Positions 55,428-63,241 of a stretch of DNA of 64,000 bases are shown one piece after another. How positions within the stretch are numbered: position 1 is the first letter of the stretch; each line of letters begins with the position of its first letter. The DNA comes from Candidatus Uhrbacteria bacterium (GTDB taxonomy: Bacteria > Patescibacteriota > Patescibacteriia > 2-12-FULL-60-25), in contig JAIOPK010000006.1 in the NCBI GenBank assembly GCA_021413945.1, positions 390,327 through 454,326 of the forward strand, written 5' to 3'. The notes beneath the pieces are model-generated. The model was given only the letters and a program-made list of their open reading frames with translations, had not been told where the DNA came from and searched no databases. Both the position numbers and the translations under genes were made by a program.

Positions 55428-55783
55428 GGTTCTTCGGATACGGTCAGGCTGTTGGCGCACGGCGCGAGGGATTTCGCACGTCGTGTTGTTCGCCGTTCTC
55501 AAACTGGGGATTTGCGGGACATTCGGATGGCCTGGGATCGGATCGTAGTTACGCTCAACCTCGAATCGCTCCAGCAGCCTCGTGGGGGGGCAGAGGCCGC
55601 GAGAACGAGAGTGTGTTGCCACGTTTTCCGACATGATCACAAACGAGCCTTCTGTCCTGCACGGGGCTCCCCTCGACGGGTTATGAGCCCAATGTCGACT
55701 TAGTCCCCGTCAACCGGCCAGTACAGGGTGGAGGCCCTGGCTTGGCTTTTCCAATCTGCAGCACAAACCGTACCCGAAGAACC
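55428..55783 (-). ncRNA. candidate ~356-nt structured RNA of unassigned class
   Basis: A 16-bp terminal helix pairs the 5' end (GGTTCTTCGGGTACGG, 55783-55768) with the 3' end (CCGTATCCGAAGAACC, 55443-55428). Its single G:U would be a C:A mismatch on the other strand. A promoter is correctly spaced upstream and a terminator lies downstream. Several internal helices and C-rich loops are present. The ORFs in both strands run into murI or the terminator. Confidence 0.5.
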
Positions 55784-55789
55784 AATGAG

Positions 55790-55817
55790 AGTTTACACAA
55801 AGCGCAAAAAGCGTCAA
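55790..55817 (-). promoter_or_regulatory. sigma70-like promoter for the candidate ncRNA
   Basis: On the minus strand: TTGACG (55817-55812), a 16-nt spacer, then TAAACT (55795-55790). The predicted start, about 7 nt downstream, coincides with the first G of the terminal helix at 55783. Confidence 0.5.
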
Positions 55818-55828
55818 TATATGACCCA

Positions 55829-56992
55829 ATGCTTCAAGTCCTGATCTTCCTGCTTGTTTTGTCGGTTCTGGTTCTCGTTCACGAGGCCGGACATTACATT
55901 GCCGCACGCATTTTTGGCGTAAAAGCCGAGGAATTTGGTTATGGCTTCCCTCCGCGCGCCTTGGGCTTCGTCAAGACGGAGCATGGCTGGAAAAAGGTTG
56001 CTGGGCGTGATCGAACGGCATACAAGAACACGGTTTGGTCCTTGAATTGGCTGCCGTTGGGAGGATTTGTTCGATTGAAGGGTGAGTCCGGAGATGGTGT
56101 CGGGGATGCGGATTCGTTCCTGACAAAAACCGGCTGGCAGAAGTTTATTATTCTCTCGGCGGGAGTTGCCATGAACTGGCTGCTTGCGGCGGTTATTTTT
56201 TCCGTAGGTTTTTCCTTCGGCGTACCGGCAGAGGTCGACGGTTTGCCGGCTTCGGCGATCGTGAGCGGTGCACATGTCGAGATTGTGGAAGTTGTCGCCA
56301 AGAGCGCGGCGGAAAGCGCGGGCCTCAAGCAGGGCGATCATGTGGTTACGGTCAACGGACAGGTCGTGAATACCGCGGAGGCGACACGTAGCGCGCTTTC
56401 CGATCAGACCGGAAAAGGACTTGAGCTGACGCTTGAAATCGAACGGGATGGCGCCATGCAAACCCTGCAAGCAAAACCGATCTTTATCGAGGCATTGGGC
56501 AAGCCCGGGCTTGGAGTCGCTTTGGCCAACATCGGCGTCGTCCGATTTCCCGTTCATCTTGCCGTCGTGCAAGGCGTTACGATCACGGCGCAGTACACGT
56601 GGCTCATCATGAACGGATTTGTGAGTTTAGTTGCGGATCTCTTTGGCGATCGCAAGCTTGCGGCGGAAGTTTCCGGCCCGATCGGGATTGCCGTATTGAC
56701 CGGAAGGATCGCAAGCCAAGGTTTTTGGGCACTCATGCAATTCGCGGCTTTACTTTCCCTCAACCTGGCCGTGATCAACTTTCTCCCCATTCCGGCACTC
56801 GATGGTGGACGAGCCGTCTTTGTCATGGTGGAATCGTTGAGACGAAAGCGAAACAATCCGCGCTTTGAAGCGGCGATTCATCAGGCCGGATTTGTCGCGC
56901 TCCTCATCCTTATCTTGCTTGTCACGGCCCAGGATCTGAACCGCTACGGCGGTACGATCTGGAACGGGCTCAAGGGTATTATCGGATTATAA
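55829..56992 (+). CDS. rseP: RIP metalloprotease RseP (site-2 protease, M50)
   Basis: HEAGHY zinc motif in TM1, a PDZ domain and NLAVINFLPIPALDGG. The ATG at 55829 (MLQVLIF) was chosen because the upstream extension overlaps the ncRNA promoter region. Confidence 0.85.
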   Translation: MLQVLIFLLVLSVLVLVHEAGHYIAARIFGVKAEEFGYGFPPRALGFVKTEHGWKKVAGRDRTAYKNTVWSLNWLPLGGFVRLKGESGDGVGDADSFLTKTGWQKFIILSAGVAMNWLLAAVIFSVGFSFGVPAEVDGLPASAIVSGAHVEIVEVVAKSAAESAGLKQGDHVVTVNGQVVNTAEATRSALSDQTGKGLELTLEIERDGAMQTLQAKPIFIEALGKPGLGVALANIGVVRFPVHLAVVQGVTITAQYTWLIMNGFVSLVADLFGDRKLAAEVSGPIGIAVLTGRIASQGFWALMQFAALLSLNLAVINFLPIPALDGGRAVFVMVESLRRKRNNPRFEAAIHQAGFVALLILILLVTAQDLNRYGGTIWNGLKGIIGL

Positions 56993-57000
56993 TAATTTCT

Positions 57001-58035
57001 ATGGACCTCGAACCAACACTACGCGCCATCGGTAATCAGGCACAACAGGCCATCGAATCGGCCAAGACGCTTGAGCAGCTCGAAGAAATCGAGGTGCGTT
57101 TCCTTGGACGAAAAGGGGAGCTGGCCGGTCTCATGAAAGAGATGGCGAGCGTGTCGGCCGAGGATCGGCCAAAGATCGGCGCTTTTGCAAACGAGGTGAA
57201 GATGGATATCGAGAAGGCGATGGAGAAGAAGCGATCGTCGCTCGGTAGCGCGGCCATCAATGCGAAGCTGTCGAATGAACAGGAAGATGTGACGGAACTT
57301 GGAACGCGTCCGCCGGAGGGGCATCTGCATGTTGTAACGCAGGCGATTCGAGAGTTTACGGATATATTCGAGCGCGCGGGATTTCAGCGAGTCCGACCGC
57401 CGGAGGTCGATTGGGATTGGTATGCCTTCGAGTCGTTAAACATGCCAAAGGAGCACCCTGCTCGCGATGATTGGGAAACATTTTTCATGAATGCGCTGTC
57501 GAGCGAGAAGCCGCGGGAAGGACGCATGCTGCTCACTCCGCACACGACGAATGGAACCGCGCATCTCTTAAAAGATCAGAAACCGCCGATCCGCGCCATC
57601 AGCATCGGTAAGACGTATCGCCGACAAATCGACCTCACGCATTTGCCAATGTTCCACCAGTTCGATGGCATGTACGTTGATAAGGGAGTAAACCTGACGC
57701 ACTTGCTCGGGATTATCGAGTACTTCGTAAAAGAATTCTTTGGTCCGGATCGAAAAGTTCGAATTCGCCCGTATCATTTCCGATTTACCGAGCCTTCGTT
57801 TGAAATCGATATTTCGACAGACTCGCGCATGGGAAAGAACGGCTGGCTCGAGCTGGGTGGCGCGGGAATGCTGCATCCGAATGTGATCAAAGCCGCGGGG
57901 CTTGATCCGGAAGAGTATTCGGGTTTAGCTTTTGGATGGGGCGTGGAGCGTACCTATATGATGAAGGAAGGCCTGCAGTTAGACGATATTCGTACCTTGT
58001 ATAAGAACGATTTGCGATTCTTGCAGCAGTTCTAA
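57001..58035 (+). CDS. pheS: phenylalanyl-tRNA synthetase alpha subunit
   Basis: Class II motifs (HPARD, FRFTEPSFE, GWGVERT). Confidence 0.92.
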   Translation: MDLEPTLRAIGNQAQQAIESAKTLEQLEEIEVRFLGRKGELAGLMKEMASVSAEDRPKIGAFANEVKMDIEKAMEKKRSSLGSAAINAKLSNEQEDVTELGTRPPEGHLHVVTQAIREFTDIFERAGFQRVRPPEVDWDWYAFESLNMPKEHPARDDWETFFMNALSSEKPREGRMLLTPHTTNGTAHLLKDQKPPIRAISIGKTYRRQIDLTHLPMFHQFDGMYVDKGVNLTHLLGIIEYFVKEFFGPDRKVRIRPYHFRFTEPSFEIDISTDSRMGKNGWLELGGAGMLHPNVIKAAGLDPEEYSGLAFGWGVERTYMMKEGLQLDDIRTLYKNDLRFLQQF

Positions 58036-58053
58036 TCAAGTTAGCGAAACTTT

Positions 58054-58491
58054 ATGGATCTTCTTGAAAAACAACTCGCGGAACAGCCAAAGACCAATAT
58101 TCCGGTACAGGCGATTAAAAACGACCATGCCGCGCTTGAGCATGAGGTCTCACAGCTCAAACAACGCTACAAGTGGATGGCGGTGCTCTGGTGCATCATG
58201 TTTATCCTGCTCGTGGTCGGCGCATTGGCACTTGTGTCGATGAATATGTGGGATACGTGGAAGCTTCGCGAAGAGTCGATGAGCTATGGAGCGCGTGTGG
58301 AGAAGCGTATCGACGATACGGCAGTGAACTCACGACGTGATTTGCAGGATCGATCGCTTACGGTCGAACAACGTCTCGATAACTTGATGCGCGACTTTGC
58401 GGACCTAAAATCCGAGATGACGGCGCTGGAGATTAATTTTGAACGTGCCGAGCAGATTTGTACGAATGCGTGTAACGCGGCCCAGAAATAA
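58054..58491 (+). CDS. hypothetical membrane-anchored coiled-coil protein
   Basis: 145 aa with one TM helix (WMAVLWCIMFILLVVGALALV), inserted between pheS and pheT. Confidence 0.5.
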   Translation: MDLLEKQLAEQPKTNIPVQAIKNDHAALEHEVSQLKQRYKWMAVLWCIMFILLVVGALALVSMNMWDTWKLREESMSYGARVEKRIDDTAVNSRRDLQDRSLTVEQRLDNLMRDFADLKSEMTALEINFERAEQICTNACNAAQK

Positions 58492-58506
58492 ATATCACAA
58501 ATCTTT

Positions 58507-60897
58507 ATGAACATCCTCGCTTCCTACGACTGGCTGAAAGAATACGTCGATCTGGACAAGATCGATCCGCAATCGTTTGCGAGCCGCGTTTCTCTTTCCG
58601 GTCCGGGAGTCGAGCGATTGTATCCGCAGGGCGTTGAGCTCGACGGAATCGTTGTTGGGCATGTCGTCGAAGTGAAGCCGCATCCGAATGCGGATAAGTT
58701 GCGAATCGCGACGGTAGATATTGGTTCGAAGAAGGCGACGATTGTTTGCGGAGGTTCGAACTTAGTCGAAGACCAGTGGGTTGCGGTTGCAAAAGTCGGA
58801 TCGAAAGTGCGATGGCATGGGGAGGGTGAGCCGATTGAACTGAAGCCGATCGAAATTCGTGGGGAGAAGAGCGAAGGAATGATTTGTGCCGCGAACGAGA
58901 TTGGTTTGTATGATGCGTTTCCGCATCAAGAGCGGGAGATTGTTGATCTTGGAAAGTCGTTGCCGGATTTGAAGGTGAAGGCGGGGACGCCGCTTGCCGA
59001 TGCGCTTGGGCTTTCCGGCGACATGGTGCTCGATATCGAAATTACGACGAATCGACCGGATGCGGCGGGAATGGTTGGTTTGGCTCGCGAGGCGGCAGCG
59101 ATCTTGAAACGTAAACTTATTTGGAAGGCGTCGAAAATGCCCAAGGCAAAGACGATTTCTTCAATCAAAGTTGCTGAAAAGAAATTGTGTCCGCGCTATA
59201 TCGGCGTTCATATCGGTGACGTCACCATCGGACATTCTCCGTGGTGGTTGAAGCGTCGTTTGTTGTCGGCTGGTTTGCGTCCGATTAATACAGCCGTCGA
59301 CATTACGAATTTCGTGATGCTCGAACTGGGTCAGCCGATGCATGCGTTTGATGCGGACAAGCTTTCGGAAGATACGCTTGTTGTTCGAACCGCGAAAAAA
59401 GGGGAGAAGATGCAGGCGCTCGATGGGAAGACCTATTCCTTGGAGGATGGGATGCTTGTGATTGCCGATGCGGATCAGCCGCAAGCGATCGCCGGTATCA
59501 TGGGGTCGGAAACGTCTGCTGTAACGAGCGGGACGACGTCGATCGTGCTTGAGGCGGCTACGTTCGACTCGGTATCGGTTCGACGTACGGCGCGCAAACT
59601 CAATCTCTACTCGGATGCGCAGCTTAGGTTTGAGAAAGGCTTGTCGATGATGGCTCCACCGGAAGCGATGGCGCGTGCGGTCGAGCTGATTCTCGAACTT
59701 TGCGGAGGAAAGGTCACGGGTATGAGCGATATTGTCGGTCATGCGTACAAAGCACCGAGCTATTCCATCTCGTTCGCGAAGATCGACGAGCTGATTGGTA
59801 TTCCGATGAAGAAGACGGATTGCGTCGATACGTTGAAGCGACTGGGTTTCGAGGTTAAGGCAGACGCAACGAAACTTACGGCAACGGTGCCGTGGTGGAG
59901 AGATCATGATATCGAGAGCGGACGAGACTTGGTCGAAGAAATTGCCCGCGTATACGGTTATGCGAATTTGCCGGCCGTGTTTCCGCCGGGAATTGCGCCG
60001 GATGCGCCGGTTCGAACATTAGCACTCGAAGATCGAGCGAAGGAGTTAGCGAAACAGGCAGGATACACGGAAACGTTTACGTATTCTTTTACATCTCGTG
60101 AGACGCAGGAAATGGCAGGATATGACTCGAGCAAGTTGCTCTCGATTGCGAATCCGTTGTCTGCTGATTTTGAATTGATGCGCACGTCGCTTCTTCCATC
60201 GCTCTTACAAGTCGCGATGCAGAATCAGGAACGGTTCCGAAGTCAGAAACTATTCGAACTCGCAAACGTATACTACCCTCGCAAAGGAAAGCTCCCCGAC
60301 GAACAAGCGGAGTTTGGTGCGCTCGTGCTTGGCGATGAGAATGCTTGGCGCGAGGCAAAAGGATTAGTCGAGCATGTGCTTGCGGGACTTGGCGTGACCG
60401 ACATTGTTTGGAAGCGTCTCGCAAGCGATTCATTCTGGCATCCGGGACGCACGGTGCAGGCGATGGTCGGCGAGGATCTTGTTGCGACCGTCGGAGAATT
60501 GCATCCGACTCTCGCGGAGAAGTATAAATTCGAAGGACGCGTAGCGCTTGTTGATTTGCCGTTACGGCACGTGTTCCATCGTGCGACGGACGCAAAACGT
60601 TATCGACCGATTCCTATTTATCCGGTTTCTAAGCGCGATCTTGCGATTCTGGTCGACAAGAGCGTGGAAGTACAGGATGTCGTTTCAAAACTCTCCAAAG
60701 TCGATAAATTAATCCGTTCGGTCGAATGGTTTGATACGTACAAAGGAAAGGGGATGCCGGAGGGAAAAAAGTCGCTTGCATTTCATATCGAGATTGGGGC
60801 AGATGACCGTACGCTTGAGACCGCCGATGTCGATATGGTGATGGAACAGGTGATCGAGGAAGCGCAGAACAAATTTAGGGCCGATGTGAGAGAATAG
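58507..60897 (+). CDS. pheT: phenylalanyl-tRNA synthetase beta subunit
   Basis: N-terminal tRNA-binding OB domain (HPNADKLRIATVDIG), B3/4 and B5 domains, and a C-terminal FDX-ACB-like domain. Confidence 0.92.
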   Translation: MNILASYDWLKEYVDLDKIDPQSFASRVSLSGPGVERLYPQGVELDGIVVGHVVEVKPHPNADKLRIATVDIGSKKATIVCGGSNLVEDQWVAVAKVGSKVRWHGEGEPIELKPIEIRGEKSEGMICAANEIGLYDAFPHQEREIVDLGKSLPDLKVKAGTPLADALGLSGDMVLDIEITTNRPDAAGMVGLAREAAAILKRKLIWKASKMPKAKTISSIKVAEKKLCPRYIGVHIGDVTIGHSPWWLKRRLLSAGLRPINTAVDITNFVMLELGQPMHAFDADKLSEDTLVVRTAKKGEKMQALDGKTYSLEDGMLVIADADQPQAIAGIMGSETSAVTSGTTSIVLEAATFDSVSVRRTARKLNLYSDAQLRFEKGLSMMAPPEAMARAVELILELCGGKVTGMSDIVGHAYKAPSYSISFAKIDELIGIPMKKTDCVDTLKRLGFEVKADATKLTATVPWWRDHDIESGRDLVEEIARVYGYANLPAVFPPGIAPDAPVRTLALEDRAKELAKQAGYTETFTYSFTSRETQEMAGYDSSKLLSIANPLSADFELMRTSLLPSLLQVAMQNQERFRSQKLFELANVYYPRKGKLPDEQAEFGALVLGDENAWREAKGLVEHVLAGLGVTDIVWKRLASDSFWHPGRTVQAMVGEDLVATVGELHPTLAEKYKFEGRVALVDLPLRHVFHRATDAKRYRPIPIYPVSKRDLAILVDKSVEVQDVVSKLSKVDKLIRSVEWFDTYKGKGMPEGKKSLAFHIEIGADDRTLETADVDMVMEQVIEEAQNKFRADVRE

Positions 60898-60923
60898 GTC
60901 GGGTCGTGCTATACTTGTTGTAT

Positions 60924-61265
60924 ATGTTTCTTACAACATCCTCCGATCTGATCCTACTTGTCGGATCGATCTGTTTATTGCTCGTTACCGGCTTTACTTG
61001 CTGGCTTTTGTATGAGGCTGCGAGATTACTGCATCAGACAAATCAATTAGTCGAGGAGACACGCGAGAAAATTAGTGCGGTCGAGCTACTCGTGAAGACG
61101 GTGGGGGAGAAGATCATGAACTTGTCGCAGTATGCGGGAATTTTTGCGGAAGGCGGCAAGAAACTGTTGGGGTATTTTGAGCATAAAAATGATGACGATG
61201 AGAAGCCGATGAAGAGGAAGAAGGGGAAGGAGCCGACTCTGGACGAGATTGAAGAAGGGGAGTAA
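60924..61265 (+). CDS. small hypothetical membrane protein with an acidic/basic tail
   Basis: One TM helix (LILLVGSICLLLVTGFTCWLL), then a helical segment and a KKGKEPTLDEIEEGE tail. Start is ATG 60924, or possibly GTG 60906. Confidence 0.45.
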   Translation: MFLTTSSDLILLVGSICLLLVTGFTCWLLYEAARLLHQTNQLVEETREKISAVELLVKTVGEKIMNLSQYAGIFAEGGKKLLGYFEHKNDDDEKPMKRKKGKEPTLDEIEEGE

Positions 61266-61344
61266 GAGAGAAGCGCTCCTGTCCGGTCATGTTAAGCCAC
61301 GCGATGCATTGTTCACTTGAGCTCCCCAGACTCATCCCAGCTAC

Positions 61345-63033
61345 CGAGCCCCGCCGATTCGAAAGAATCGGCGGGGCTGTTCTATTGACAGATTACAAAA
61401 AATACCGTTGGATGTGGGTATTCCGCCATGCATCGCGTCCCTGTGTCCAGCCACCTGCTGTATCGTGACCAGTCCTGCCCTCCCGAGCCCTCCGACCACA
61501 AATCGGAGGGCTGCTCTATTCTTCCTGAGCTTGCCGAAGGATTGACAAAGTTGTTATTTTAATATCTACTAGGTTTTACATTTAGCGCTACGCGGCGCAG
61601 CGTGCCGTCCAGCATCCTATCCTATCGTGGAGCGGAGCGTCCTTACCTCTCGAGCCCCGGCATCGCAAGATGACCGGGGCTGTTCTATTGACAAACATGG
61701 TCATTTCATCCATTGTCGTTGTCGAGTTGCCCCGTCATGCAACGTACTCAGTAGTTACGAGTCGAGTCGCGCAGCCCACTGTCCTCCCGAGCCCTCCGAC
61801 CTAAAATTCGGAGGGCTGTTCTATTCCGGGATTGACACAACCGATGAATGGTCCTAAGTTGATGTCTTCCGCGGACCACGCATACGCGTTGCCACGACCT
61901 GTAATGTTCGGTCCAGTTCCGTCATCTCAGCTATCGAGCCCTCCGACCACAAGTCGGAGGGCTGTTCTATTTGTTGACAATGACGTAATATAATGTTTAA
62001 ATATTTACTCGTGCACCCTATTGCTTTGTTTTGTTCAGCACTCCCAAGTGTTGCGCCCCGTCCTCACGAGCCCCGTCGATTCGCAAGAGTCGGCGGGGCT
62101 GTTCTATTGACAAATAATGAAATTCGATTACTGTCGCTAGGTTGGCGTCAACCTCGGCATTGTGGCCTGGTCCCTTCTGTCGCATCCTCGTCCTGCCTGC
62201 CGTGTCCAGATCCCATCTACCGAGCCCCGGCATCGCAAGATGACCGGGGCTGTTCTATTGACAAAAATATATACAATGTATAAGGATAAGATCCTCGACC
62301 TTGCGTATTGTACTGCAATTCTTTCCATCGTGATTCTTCCTGCCGAGCCCTCCGACCCAAAAAGTCGGAGGGCTGTTCTATTGACGAAGGAGGGGATTTG
62401 TACAATATTCAAATACGCCCTTGGGTCACGCAACGCCAAGTGTCGCACCGTCTTGCGATCCTTCCTACCGAGCCCCGCCGATTCTCACGACTCGGCGGGG
62501 CTGTTTCATTGACAAATATCACTTTTTCTATATCCTTGCCCAAGTACAGCCGTGCTACGCCCCGTACAGTTATGTAGTCCCCCTCTACCGAGCCCCGTTC
62601 ATCTGAAAGGATGACCGGGGCTGTTCTATTGACAAAACCAAAATTCTTGGCTAAGCAGATGATGCTGTAACGCGGTGCTTCGCGTCCTGGACAGCGGCGC
62701 TCTTATGCTCCCCGCCGAGCCCCGTCATTCCGAAAGGAGTGGCGGGGCTGTTCTATTGACATTTGAATATTTCATCTGTAGCTTGGCAACCTAGTGATGC
62801 CACGCGTCGTTCGGCTCTGCCAAGCTCCCCGATGCGCACCTCCGCCACCAGAACTCACCCGTCCTATCGAGCCCTCCGACCAAAAATTGGAGGGCTGTTC
62901 TATTGACAAAATATTATTTCTTGCTAGTCTCAACTGACTCCTGCAATGCTAAGTGGTGCAAACTTGAGCTGTGTAGGCTAACCTCGCGAGCCCCGTCATT
63001 CCGAAAAGGAGTGGCGGGGCTGTTCTATTGACA
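61345..63033 (+). repeat. array of 13 tandem hairpin-terminator + TTGACA modules separating 74-108 nt unique segments (putative small-RNA gene array)
   Basis: The module is CGAGCCC-[stem-loop]-GGGCTGTTCTATTGACA. CGAGCCC starts at 61345, 61484, 61651, 61788, 61935, 62067, 62221, 62344, 62469, 62589, 62716, 62868 and 62987. TTGACA (TTGACG in copy 8) starts at 61385, 61542, 61688, 61832, 61974, 62107, 62258, 62381, 62509, 62629, 62756, 62903 and 63028. There are two stem classes, GAGCCCCG... (8 copies) and GAGCCCTCCGA... (5 copies), with compensatory or wobble changes. No credible ORF is present. Confidence 0.8.
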
Positions 63034-63117
63034 GTAAGCTTTTTTTTGCGCAAGTTAGCAATGGCTGTTGAGTAGTCAACCGCTTCGTACAGCGCACACG
63101 CGCAGCCCACTCTTTCG

Positions 63118-63150
63118 GGCCCCGTGATCGATTTGATCGATTGCGGGGCC
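63118..63150 (+). terminator. distinct intrinsic terminator closing the last array unit
   Basis: GGCCCCG-TG-ATCGAT-TTG-ATCGAT-TG-CGGGGCC followed by GTTTAATTATT. Confidence 0.65.
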
Positions 63151-63165
63151 GTTTAATTATTAGGC

Positions 63166-63194
63166 TTGACAAAGCCAATAATTTATGGTTATTT
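63166..63194 (+). promoter_or_regulatory. candidate promoter of the helicase gene
   Basis: TTGACA (63166-63171), a 17-nt spacer, then TTATTT (63189-63194). The downstream RBS-like AAAGGAAA precedes the ATG at 63242. Confidence 0.4.
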
Positions 63195-63241
63195 GGCGGG
63201 TCCGTCCGACTTTGGGCGGGGCACATTTGAAAGGAAACGAG

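Noticed and set aside
55287-55703. 123-aa (+) and 117-aa (-) ORFs in the murI-rseP spacer
   Set aside because: The + ORF starts inside murI in another frame. The - ORF reads through the terminator hairpin and 90 nt of murI antisense. The region shows RNA-type signals (closing helix, strand-specific G:U pairs) rather than coding signals.
55428-55783. tmRNA or canonical RNase P RNA assignment for the structured region
   Set aside because: Against tmRNA: there is no tRNA-like T-arm or acceptor at the ends, no G3:U70 and no tag reading frame ending in a stop. Against RNase P: the universally conserved GAGGAAAGUCC and ACAGAA..GGCUUA elements are not present in the canonical form or order, and there is no room for P2/P3 before the CR-I-like motif. 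I kept it as an unclassified RNA and list RNase P only as something to test.
61993-62606. ORFs of 60-116 aa predicted on both strands inside the array (e.g. 62162-62512 +, 62137-62448 -)
   Set aside because: Their sequences are repeated translations of the hairpin module in different frames (SIEQPR, VNRTAP, LLTK...). They have no RBS and run straight through the terminator hairpins.
61345-63033. CRISPR array interpretation of the 13-repeat locus
   Set aside because: The repeats are not identical. There are two stem classes with many substitutions and variable inserts before TTGACA. The spacers are 74-108 nt and of variable length, and no cas genes are visible. The hairpin-plus-U-tract and TTGACA features fit terminator/promoter modules better.
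61345-63033. Integron attC cassette array or generic REP/BIME cluster
   Set aside because: The 74-108 nt intervals are too short for gene cassettes, and no intI or attI is present. None of the other terminators in this 64-kb window belongs to the module family, so it does not look like a genome-wide REP. This still needs a whole-genome check.
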